64,000 nucleotides of DNA from Ruditapes philippinarum (lineage: Eukaryota): NCBI RefSeq assembly GCF_026571515.1, contig NW_026854785.1, positions 1 through 64,000 on the forward strand, in the 5' to 3' direction. The notes below the pieces were generated by a model that saw only the letters and a program-made list of their open reading frames with translations, was not told the DNA's origin and ran no database searches. A program made the position numbers and the translations under genes. Positions 10,401-22,029 of the stretch are shown here, piece after piece (the first letter of the stretch is position 1; every line of letters begins with the position of its first letter).

Positions 10401-12385
10401 AGATATGGACCGGACACAAAATATACCCTGTAATAGACTATGTAATATGTTTATCTTTGACCTCCAAGTGTGACCTTGATCTTGGAGGTAGGTGACCGGT
10501 TGTTGCACATGACACATCGTCTCATTATTGTGAACAATTGTGGCAAGTATTTACAAAGTCCCTTCAAAGATAAGAAAGTTATGGACCGGACACGACATAT
10601 ACCATCAAATAGACAATGTTGACCTTGAATGAGCAAGTGTGACCTTGACCCTGGAGGTAGGGGTCTGGTTGATGCGCATAACACATCGTCTTATTATAAC
10701 AAACATTTGTGCCAAGTTATTTCAGATTCCTTTGATAAATGAAAAAGTTATGGACCGGACACAAAATATACCCTGTAATAGACTATGTTAATCTTTGACC
10801 TCCAAGTGTGACCTTGACCTTGGAGGTAGGTGACCGGTTGTTGCACATGACACATCGTCTCATTATTGTGACTATTTGTGGCAAGTATTTACAAAATCCT
10901 TTGATCTATAAAAAAGTTATGGACCGGACACAAAATATACCCTGTAATAGACTATGTTAATCTTTGACCTACAAGTGTGACCTTGACCTTGGAGGTAGGT
11001 GACCGGTTGTTGCGTATGACACATTGTCTCATTATTGTGAACAATTGTGGCAAGTATTTACAAAATCCTTTCAAAGATAAGAAAGTTATGGACCGGACAC
11101 GACATATACCATCAAATAGACAATGTTGACCTTGAATGAGCAAGTGCGACCTTGACCCTGGAGGTAGGGGTGTGGTTGTTGCGCATGACACATTGTCTTA
11201 TTGTAACAAACATTTGTGCCAAGTTATTTCAGATTCCTTTGATAAATGACAAAGTTATGGACCGGACACAAAATATACCCTTTAATAGACTATGTTAATC
11301 TTTGACCTCCAAGTGTGACCTTGACCTTGGAGGTAGGTGACCGGTTGTTGCGCATGACACATCGTCTCATTATTGTGAACAATTGTGGCAAGTATTTACA
11401 AAATCCCTTCATAGATAAGAAAGTTATGGACCGGACACGACATATATCATCAAATAGACAATGTTGACCTTGAATGAGCAAGTGTGACCTTGACCTTGGA
11501 GTTCGGGGTCTGATTGTTGCGCATGACACAACATCGTCTTATTGTAACAAACATTTGTGCCAAGTTATTTCAGATTCCTTTGATAAATGACAAAGTTATG
11601 GACCGGACACGAAAGTGTGACGGACGGCCGGACAGACGGACGGACAGACGGACGGAGCCTATTACTATATCCCCCTTTTTTCTTTGAAAAAGCGGGGGAC
11701 AATTAGGCTATAATCTTTAATATTATATAATTGAAATATGATTATTTTTTCAAAAGTGTTAAACAGCTTATATTAATTTTTTTTGACATATATGATAAGT
11801 TTATGTGCTTGGATTGACAAAAGTATACATTTTATTTGGATTTTAAAATCACTAGTAAGGTTGTAATGGGAACATTTCTTAATAGTTAATACAAGTGATT
11901 AGTCTATATAATATTTGCAAAATATTTTAATATTGTGCATTACTCTTACCATTTTCACAGTGACAAGGTGTTTCCAACCTCAGATCATTGATAAGGTGGT
12001 TGTTAAATGCAGTTCCTCCCACCTTCTGTATGTGTACATAAACAAGCACATCAGATTCCACATTAAACACATCTCCACTACCTTGTTGCATAGCATTATT
12101 CTCAATAGCATTTGAATATTCATGAGGTCGTAAATATTTCTGCATGGCAAGCCTTGTATTTTTATGAGTATATTTCTGGTTTATAACTGAATGAAATAAT
12201 GTGTCATTTTTGACGGCCTGTGCTATATAGTAAGAGACTGGATGTCTGACTTTCTTGTCATCAACTACTCTTCTTCTTGATGATTTTTTACTTGGAAGTA
12301 ACAGATAGTAAAATATCAACACCACTAATACAGCAATTATCAAAATTTTCTGATTCCTTCTCATAGTGGCTATGACAGACTGCAT
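7423..12385 (-). CDS. HS6ST: Heparan-sulfate 6-O-sulfotransferase-like type II membrane protein. Coding exons are 12385-11950, about 8742-8589 (frame-disrupted as given) and 7972-7423.
   Basis: N-terminal TM (ILIIAVLVVLIFYYLLL) and 5'-PSB-like DVLVYVHIQKVGGTAF. The middle exon retains WPCG..ADW. The last exon has YFYITLIRDPVSRYLSEW (3'-PB), EFMACKDNLATNRQTRMLADL, MAFFGLT..QRETQKLFEKKF and DIQLYLHAKDLF. GT donors at 11949 and 8588 and an AG acceptor at 7974-7973 give a consistent AG|A junction. Confidence 0.85.
8200..8461. repeat. Exact 131 bp tandem duplication (8200-8330 / 8331-8461) in an HS6ST intron
   Basis: AAAAAAGTTCAGTATTTCACC...TAAGCTGTTT is read twice with no visible mismatch. Confidence 0.9.
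9434..11703 (+). mobile_element. Full-length HINE/pearl-like element (Helentron non-autonomous) with a ~169 bp tandem array, inside an HS6ST intron
   Basis: Starts AACAAGA. The 5' subterminal GTCCCCCGC (9462-9470) is the reverse complement of GCGGGGGAC (11692-11700) in the 3' hairpin. GGACCGGACAC recurs at about 10407, 10583, 10752, 10921, 11090, 11259, 11428 and 11600. A (GGAC/AGAC)n microsatellite lies at about 11619-11656. Confidence 0.8.
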
Positions 12386-14470
12386 GACACCATCTGAAAT
12401 GAAGAAAGGAATCTGTTACTATGACAGTGATTCTGTATAGAGCCTAAATATCAATTTCTGTGGATTTCAAACATAAAAAAAGATCTCAAAATGTAAAAAA
12501 TCTTAAAAATTTAACAAAATTTACTAAAATTGCAACAGCCACTTGCATAGTGAACTTGAATACTTACAGATCAGCAAATCTTCCATTAAATTCCAAAATT
12601 TGCAACTTATAAACACAATTATAATAATCGACCTAAGCAATGCATAAACCTTCAAAACAATTCATTAAATTGTAAGGAAAAGGCTTTTCTTTAACTTGTA
12701 TTAATCACGCACAAAAAGACTGGACTTAAGTCTAATCTATTTAAAAATGTACACAATGTAAAATTCTCCCACATTTAGAGGATTATAATTATACATAATT
12801 TAACACTTAATTCAGCATATTTCTTCTCTAAATCAAAGTTATTAAGAAACAAAAGTAAAAATGTATTATTAATGAATAAGAAAATTAAACTGCCATACCT
12901 GAAAATGACAAAGAAATTTAAGATAATTTTTCAGTTTAATTCTTATCAGTTCACATCGCAGTATGACTTCCATTGTGATTTAACAGAGACAACAGTTATC
13001 TGATTGGTTGTAAGCATTTAAATAGATAATTCAAAGAAAAGAAATATCTTTTTGAAATATTTTTATATTTACTGAATATGCTGACAAAGTAAAAAAAATC
13101 TTGAACTAATCTGTACATCAATGGTTACATCATAGAGCTGGTTGATAGAAGAATTGAATGACAGTTGTTTTATTTTAAATTGAATTGGTTAATAATGCTG
13201 TTTAAATTTTTTTCATGATCAATTATTATTATGCTTGCAACTGAACAAATATATGATATACCATTGATAAACCAAGATTTTAGACAATTTTTGTAGCTTG
13301 CATTTGCTATGGTCTATTTATAGATATAATGCTTGCCAAACTAATTCAACAAACATGTACTATCCATATTATTTAGGACTATAAATAATTTGTATGAACA
13401 GAACATGTATTTTTCTGAAATGATGGAAACAGGTAAATTATAGATAAGTAATTATAAATATCTATTGTTAATATTTCATAATTTATGATTTGATATCAAT
13501 ATATAATTGATATGGTTTGCACTGAACAGCCCTACAAATAACGATCAACAAAATCAATTGTTAAGTGATTAACTTTCAAAACCATTTATTTTGACAATGC
13601 AAATCTGCTTATACGGGGAAATCAAAGGCAGGGACAGTCTTGGGCTTTGGCTTGCCCCAGGCTATACATGTATATATTTATTTAATCAATTAAAATTTTT
13701 TCATATATATTGCTTACATGGATGACGGTCCTGTCATAATAGTTATTATCCGAAAATACGCATATCCGAACATGTAAATTTATACTCAATGTCACCTGTG
13801 TAAAGAAATACTTTATTCCAGGTTTATATTTGCTGTTAATTGTTAGATAATTCTTATGTTACAGGTTTCCAAGTCATGTTATATGAAGTCATCTAATATT
13901 ACAAGAAATAACACTTGAAATAAAAACATACCGACTGATTTTTTTACCTGGACACCGTTGGAAGGCCCCCGTTGGAATGGATAAAAACTGTCATATATTC
14001 ACAAACAAATGCCGTACAGTAACGTACTTTATTTCCGTGAAATTAATCACATTTTATAAGTACTTGAAATATACGATAGCAAAATTAGAATCTTGATAAA
14101 ATTGATTTCAAACGAATATATAATGCATTCTATTGATGTAATATTTTATTTAAGTTTCATTAAACAATGCACAATATTCTCGTGTGCACAAGATTCTCGT
14201 GTAATTCAAATTTTTAAATCAAATAATTTTGAAATGTGCGCCATTTAAACTTTCTGCAAAATGTCATTTCATTAAACATATGTCAGATAATTGTAAAAAT
14301 TATGCTAAGGGAAAAATAATGAACAAAATGCCTATATTAATGCATTGTTTTATACTATTTGTATTCTGACTTAGGGCTGATCTGACTTAGGGCCGATTTG
14401 ACCACACAAGCTAGAACTAAGATATTTGTTGTGAACATTGTCTAGTGAACCATAACCAATTAAATGTGTT

Positions 14471-14576
14471 TCACAGGTACTTGAAACAAACTATTTTTAA
14501 TGTTCTATATGGGCTATGCTTTATACTATAATAAACCTATAGAACATTAAAAATAGTTTGTTTCAAGTACTTGTGA
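14471..14576. mobile_element. 106 bp foldback mini-element (39 bp arms, 28 nt spacer) flanked by direct repeats
   Basis: Arms 14471-14509 and 14538-14576 are reverse complements with 1 mismatch. A TGTGTT direct repeat lies on both sides (14465-14470, 14577-14582). Confidence 0.7.
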
Positions 14577-15573
14577 TGTGTTCCTAAGGTCAAATGTTGG
14601 TCCGTCCCGTGCTACATGGGTTTTCCTTATACATTGTACATGTATACATACATACACGTCATGTAGCAAAAACTTCTTTTCTGAAACTACCATAGTTTTA
14701 GTTAATTAACTTAAATTAAGCTATCTGGCACGAAGAATTGTCTTGTGAACGTCTACCAAAGTTGTTCAAATTATAGCCCAGTCACCCAATGGATTGATAG
14801 ATATGTATTGACAAAAAATCAACTTACATTTAGCTACCTTGATTTCATACATTGGCGGAATGGTTTCAAATATTGTAACTGGATTTATATAATGGTTTCC
14901 GATTTAATAAAATATTTTTAATAATATATTATCCACATGGCTTATTGAAAAAAGAAAAGAATAGAAGACAGCCATGGCGTTCCATAAGAGGCTGTGTCAT
15001 GCACTAGGCTTATATGCCTGCTACTTTTAGGTCTATTAATGTTGGTCTTTGAGGTCAAATATCTAATTTGTGTTTGTCCACTTTTTTGTCTTCTTTGTGT
15101 AAACAATTTATTCCTTGAAATTAAAGTACTTTGCACAATGTCATGTCTTCACTAAGGTTAAAAGGCGTGTACTTGGAGGTTACAAGGTCGTAATGCGGGG
15201 GAATCATTAGCAGTTCTATAGACATATTTCTAGTTTAAATGAAATTGCATTTACCCATAGCAACGGAGAACAAGAGAGGTATTTGTATGACACATATATT
15301 ATAATAACATCTTTTAAGGCGAAATTGTTGCAAACAGGAAAGTAAAGCTTACCAAAGTCTTAAAATATATAAAGTATTGAATTTTGAATAAATGACATGT
15401 ACATGTATATTTAAGAAGCCATGTATTGCTTGAAGAACAATTTGAAATTCAATTGCTCGTTTTATTTGGAAATACATTTGTATATAACTTTATATTGTAA
15501 CGTATACATGTAGTCATATTGTACATACGCGTATTAGAGATAACGATGAGAGTTGAGATCTAAATTCCTTTAC

Positions 15574-15581
15574 TATATAAA
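15574..15581 (+). promoter_or_regulatory. Candidate TATA box of C1qDC gene 1
   Basis: TATATAAA about 45 bp upstream of the ATG at 15621. The AT-rich background makes this weak evidence. Confidence 0.25.
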
Positions 15582-15620
15582 TTTGAAAACTAGTTTAACC
15601 TTTATCATATCGAAACAGTC

Positions 15621-17362
15621 ATGTATTGGATAAGAATGGTGTACTTTTTGACGTTTCTACTGCTCCTCTTTGCACATAATAATGCAGAATTAACAGCAAA
15701 TGAACTGAAAATGTTTAATGTTCTAGCAAACCGCGTTCAAGAACAAGCAAACAGCATTAAAGTCCTTGAGAAAAAGTTTGATAATGTCGAAAAGGAAATG
15801 GAAAGGCAAAAGGAAATAAATCGAGAACTTGGACACCAGTTAGAAAGCCAAAAGACTATTTTGAGTCAGTTTAGGGCAAATGGCAACCAAGAAGTCCTAG
15901 GAAACATTAAAGAAGGAAACCAGAATAATACAAGAATCGGTAAGGTTGTGCATATTTAAAGTGCATAAAGCTATAATTCTGCTTTCTATCGTTTAAAAAT
16001 TGATTGTATTAATTTTGTAAAACAAATGAGCCGCGTCATGACAAAACCAACATAATGCGTTTGCGACCAGGATGGATCCAGATCAGCCTGCGCATTCGCG
16101 CAGTCGTCTGATCAGGATCCATGCTGTTCGCTTACCAACTCTATTACAAGTAGAGAAACTGATGCTGGTCGCAAATGCACTATGTTGGTTTTGTCGTGAC
16201 GCGGCTCAAATATTATTCGCATTATTCATGTTAAAGAACACTGCCGTAACATGTAACATAATGGAAACAACACAAATTACATTTGATAACATTTATAAAT
16301 AAAGCATTCCATTAGACATAATGGTTTTTATCGGTATTGGAATGGGACATTCCCATAAATTTGGGCAAAATAACGGTATTTTTAAAAAGGGGAAGAAAAA
16401 ACTTTATGCTAAATGGATGTTTGGAGAAAACTGCATGATTTTAAAGAAATTTTCTGAAGGGGAGCAGCAATTGACAAATCCCTTCTCTGACTATTTATGT
16501 GAACAACAACATGCATTAACATGGGCTCTTTTTTAAAAAGTATGTGGTGGTGACATTCTTATTGTATCTACTAAACTGATAACGACCTCGACATTTTATT
16601 TTGCAGAAACAACACTTGATGTCGCCCAAGCCAGTGTTATATTCTCTTAACTAACTCGTTTCATATACTATAACTATTCGTAATCCTTCGTCGGAACCCA
16701 TGGTATAAATTCCGAATTACTAGTACATACAATAAATAGCCTGGGTTACCAGACAGTATAATATTATTATTACCTTGAATTTGTTGGGTAATTTCTTAGT
16801 AATATTGCTAAGTAATGACAATGAGCGGATTACCTTTCCCGTTTGCTCATTTGATCTCGTTGATGAGCTGGATTAATGGTCGCGTTATGCCCGGAAACCA
16901 AAGTCTTGATTATTTTCAGAAGTACATGTAATTAATATATTTTGAATTATTTCAGTTTGGCATGAAAAAGAACATGTTGCGTTTTCTGCATTCCTAACGC
17001 ATACTATCTATAACTTAGGACCCGGGCAAATTATTCAGTATGGAAGTGTCGTCCTTAACGAAGGAAATGCTTACAACAAAAATACCGGAATCTTCACCGT
17101 CCCTCATGATGGCGTTTATCTTTTTTCATATGCTTGCGAGGACTACCACAATCACCAAATCTATGCAGACCTTATGGTTGATGGCTCACTATATTCCATT
17201 GTTTTGGAGGGTCCATCAAGCGCTCACAACATGGGAACGAACGTGGTCATTCTTCGGTTGAAGAAAGGTCAAGCTGTCTGGATAGCAATAGATGCTTGGG
17301 GTCGGGACAATATTCTTCAAAATGGCGCATCATCCTTTTCCGGTGTGTTTCTTTATTACTGA
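15621..17362 (+). CDS. Secreted C1q-domain-containing protein 1 (signal peptide + coiled coil + gC1q), 241 aa. Exons are 15621-15939 and 16956-17362.
   Basis: Hydrophobic signal peptide and a heptad coiled coil. A phase-1 intron GTAAGG...TTTCAG is followed by VAFSAFL...VVLNEGNAYNKNTGIFTVPHDGVYLFS...VILRLKKGQAVW...FSGVFLYY*, the gC1q signature. AATAAA lies at about 17418. Confidence 0.92.
16028..16207. mobile_element. Sola2-like MITE copy 2 (internally deleted), in the C1qDC1 intron
   Basis: GAGCCGCGTCATGACAAAACC...GGTTTTGTCGTGACGCGGCTC with TSD AAAT (16024-16027 / 16208-16211). Confidence 0.8.
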
Positions 17363-18119
17363 GATGCATTATTTGAAAAATCTATCTGAATTTTTTCATA
17401 GAGTGATTGTTTTATCATAATAAAGTGAAGAAGTTTATACTGATTTGAAATTATTCCTTTTACAATCTCATTGCATTTTTATACAGCCGACTCAGTATTA
17501 ATATTCAAAAGTAACTGTATATGAAACATAAATTTTAGGAGGTTTGAAACTTTCAAAGAGAAAATTAAAGAGCATCCTTAAAGTGTCCTTATGTATGTAA
17601 ACTAATACATGTTTGCACATTATTGATATTTATTGTGTCCCGATTTTAACGCTCTTTGTGTAACATTCACTGTGATATTACACCAAAGGTATTTTCATTT
17701 CACCTTAAATTATTTGTAATCAAGTTTCATAGATACTACTGTGACTGATATATACTCAGATTTTGATAACAGCAGAATCAATATTAATGATTAACAAACT
17801 AATGTATAACATCGTAAACAGTTGCAGAGAAAATGTACAAGTTATTGATGCACAGTGTATAAAAGCAGGAAGCAAAACACTTTGAAAAGGAGGAATTTTG
17901 ATACAAGATTAAGTATATCGTCAACAGATTCTTTTTTTTATTTTGTTACAGTACTGGAAAAGTTCTTATTAATCTTAATGATATAAATGTACTATACGTT
18001 TCAAAATTGACTTTTGAAAGTTATAACAATTGCGACAATGGTATATTTGATAAATAAGACCAGAAACATTATCATTGGAACCAAAATTCGTTTAAGGCTG
18101 AGCACATGCAAAGACAAAT

Positions 18120-18343
18120 GAGCCGCGTCATGAGAAAACCAACATAGTGCGTTTGCGACCAGCATGGATCAAGACCAGCCTGCGTATCCGTGCAGTCTGA
18201 TCAGGATGCTTACAAACTCAATTACAAGTAGAGAAACTGATAGCGAACATCATGGATCCTGATCAGACTGCGCGAAAGCGCAGGCTGGTCTGGATCCATG
18301 CTGATCGCAAACGCACTATGTTGGTTTTGTCATGACGCGGCTC
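18120..18343. mobile_element. Sola2-like MITE copy 3
   Basis: GAGCCGCGTCATGAGAAAACC...GGTTTTGTCATGACGCGGCTC with TSD AAAT (18116-18119 / 18344-18347). Confidence 0.85.
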
Positions 18344-19744
18344 AAATCTAGATTGTATATAGAATTTAGATAAGAAAAGTATAGGAAAAGTTCGTCATGA
18401 TATATTCTTCAGCATTGCAGATCATTTGATATCCAATATTAATCCTCATAAACTATATATTAATAACAAAACGACGACGGGCCTCAATTTATATGAGTTT
18501 TGTTTCTTATCAGCAACCAACGTCAAATATGTTATTAATGTCTTTTTTGTTGTTGTTCTATAAATATGCTTTTTTTGGCTAGCACTATATACATGTATAG
18601 GAAACAACCAAACACAAATTGTGGTAAGATGGTCAGTAAAGTCAAGGAAACTATTTCAATTGTTACTCACTTGGGGAATATGAGCTCCTTTACAGAAATG
18701 TAGAGTAAGGGAGGGAAAAAGTGGGGAGGGGTGCAAGGAGTAGAGTTTGGGGTGAAGGGGGATTAAAATCGTCTTTCTTTTGATTGCCGAACGGAGATGA
18801 ATTGTAAGCCAGATGCTGATAAGAAGGACAGCTGGCTCCCGCCATATCGTTTTTTTTTCACTTGCCATGATAAAAACCGCTATACAAGACACAGCTATAA
18901 AATTTGTGCGTTTTATACAACGTACATATTTACTGAGCATGCATAATTTTTTTAAAGCCTTTTACGTATATGAGACGTCAGTGCTGTCTATCAAAAACGT
19001 AAATATCAAAAAGACATGTTTACAGACATGTTTAAACAGATAGCGACTCATAAATCTATAATTAATAAGTTGCACAATAATGGTTCCGTATTCTTCCATA
19101 TATTTATATTCCTAAATTGTCAAATGTAATGTTCATATGATTAATTTGTAATGATATCATACTTATCGTAGAAGTTCAACATTATTTTGACACAGATAAA
19201 TGCTAACCTTACAGTCGACCGTTCCATATCATTTAAAGGGGTATACTAGACTAATTTTACAATTCAATGCTTGAATGAAAATTTATGTTTTACTAGTGAC
19301 CACATGCTTTCTTTGCGTCAAACTACATAAAAGATATTAACAGTCATACAGTGTCATTAAGAACTGTATAATGATTACATGTTTCCTCACATGGTACAAT
19401 ATGATGCAATGCTGGTTGAGGAATTCAATCACAATCCAGCTTCAAGGGCTTGTAGATATGATATATTTAATATTGAAAACACGTGCATACATTTTGGATA
19501 AATGGTGCATACATGTATATATTTTCTCAGTTTTGTTTAGAAATACGCCTTACAAGTTCTTGTCTTTCAGAAAGTACATGTAGTTAGTAATCTAAAGCAA
19601 GTAAATCTAACGGTCATCAATGCTTTGATTGAATTAGAAATTAAACCAATATGTATGTATAAGTTAATGATAAGAAATTCGTGTCACAGCTAGTTCATCA
19701 TGTATAGATGTTAAAAATATACGAACTCTTATCATTGAGACAAC

Positions 19745-21235
19745 ATGAGTAGGTTTAAAATGATGTCTGTTTTGTCTGTTTTGTCGTTGTTATTTCTTTT
19801 CATTGCGCATATTAACGCAAAACTAACATCAAATGAATTGGAAATGTTTACAGAGCTTGCAAACAGTGTTAAGGTACTAGAGCAAAAATTAAGTAATGTT
19901 GAAAACGAACTGGATAGGCAAAAGGAAATAAACCGAAACCTTGAAAACAGACTCAATGCTCAAACAACCACTTTAAGTGCAGATATGGCATTTGACAAGC
20001 GAGATGCTCAAGGGAACGTTGTGAGCGAAAATAAGAATAATATGAGAGTCGGTAAGTTGATGAATAGTCATACATTTAGTATAAGTAAATAAATCATCCT
20101 AGATGACCTCCGAGAATAACTTGAATGTAAGCAGTAAACTCTTAATCTGTTTAATCTGTGTAGATTGAACTGTGCATCTTTATATTTGGAACAGTCCATT
20201 TAAAATTTAAAGAATTTCAATTCCGGAAAACATCAATTGAGTTACTAACAGTAAACATCCCAAATCAAATACTGGTGGCAAAGGCCAGCCACTGGTAGTG
20301 CCAGTGGCAATGTATCATGAATATCAATATCATATCAATGTGATTTTTAGTTACTAATTAAAGGTTGATATAGTAGTGTCCAAAACGTGTTTACATGTCG
20401 ATGGTAACTCATTTCACGATACCTAAAATTTTGAATCGTTCTTATTTTTTATTGACATACTGCCCTCCCTATCGAAATGTATCATTTACTCGTCTTAATC
20501 AACCCCTTCAGAATGTCTGACAACTGTAGGTAATGGCGATCTCTTGTTACTGATCGTACTTGCTTTTCTTGATAAGGCGTATATAATCTAGGTACTTTTT
20601 TCAAATTTAGAGCCACATCGTTCTTTACATGTTATGGTGACGGTGACCTTGAGTTCTTGACATTGTTTTACTGTTATCAAAACGAATATGTAGTATATGT
20701 AGTATAACATCCCCACTAAATATGTGGACCAAAGCGGTTAATTTTCTAGTCATTGATGGATCACTGTATGGTCTACCTCTTCTTCGACTGGAGCTAAATT
20801 ATGTTTATTTATACTCTGTATATTTCAGGTAGGCAAGAAAGGGAGCAAGTGGCTTTTTCTGCATATTTAAAGAATTCATTATCTCACTTGGGACCTGGAC
20901 ACACGATTCAGTATGGAGCCACGGTCCTGAATGAAGGAAACGCCTTCAATGCTAATACTGGAATCTTTACCGTTCCGCACGACGGCGTTTATCTTTTCTC
21001 CTATGCATGCGAGGACTACCATAATCATCGCATTTATGCTGATATCCTCGTCGACGGCACACGAAAATCTCTCGTTTTAGAAGGTCCATCAACCGCACAT
21101 AACATGGGAACGAACGTTGTCATTCTTCGACTGACAAAAGGTCAAGCAGTCTGGGTCGCGATAGATGCAGGTGGTCAAGACAATATTCTGCAGAGTGTTG
21201 CGTCAACTTTCTCTGGAGTATTTTTATACTATTAA
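19745..21235 (+). CDS. Secreted C1q-domain-containing protein 2, 237 aa. Exons are 19745-20051 and 20829-21235.
   Basis: Paralogue of gene 1: signal peptide, coiled coil, the same phase-1 intron (GTAAGT...TTTCAG) and gC1q VAFSAYL...NEGNAFNANTGIFTVPHDGVYLFS...FSGVFLYY*. AATAAA lies at about 21297. Confidence 0.92.
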
Positions 21236-22029
21236 GATGTAAAATTTGAAATGTTTTCAGAAATACATATTGAAATGAAAATTCTGTTGATTATGAAATA
21301 AAAAGTACAGTTATTATATCTCTAATACTACTAGAATGTTTTTTATCAACATGTATATTATCTTTAATAATAGGTTTTCCAGTTCCAGTTCTATAGCTAT
21401 AGAAATATTTTGCCTCAATATATCTGATAGATGTTCAAATACATAAGAATGTATAATTTTATTACAACATGACGAAAAACAATTTTATCACAGATAATAA
21501 GATATCACCATCGGTTTCCTACGTGCAAGCAAATTTTTTTTGTTTGCAAATCCAGTTCAAAACATTTGTCCAAGTAACACTAGAGAATAAACATTTCTAA
21601 CGTGTTTTCAATTTCATTTGCGTTTGAAAGACTTCTCATTATTTACAAAAAAAAAGAAAACACCCGAACTTTACTGGTACTCTTATTTTGTTCAGCGTTT
21701 ATCGCATTACCGGGTATAAAATTATTGATGTGTTTAATGTATATAAATTTCATTATTTCAATGTATTTTTTAATATTCATGAATCATATATAACTGTGTA
21801 AATGAATTCATATGTGTAATTCATTTACCTAATTTAGAAAAAAAAACTCTGAATCAACCTTTGCAAGTAAAAGCAGTTTGATCTCACCTTAGTAAAATGT
21901 ACTTCTTGGCGTTGTGATGTTGACGCATTGCAAATTAGCTAGTAGTGGATATTAGGCATCTATATTTTATTATTGTTGATTTAATTCTTCTGAGATAAAC
22001 ACTTTATTAATGAAAAAAGAGGTATGATA

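Noticed and set aside
9921-11529. Family of similar 62-79 aa ORFs (…RSHLLIQGQHCLFDGICRV…)
   Set aside because: Products of the 169/338 bp tandem units of the HINE element
17040-17261. 73 aa ORF, and the antisense ORF at 19732-19956
   Set aside because: Alternative-frame or antisense shadows of the C1qDC exons
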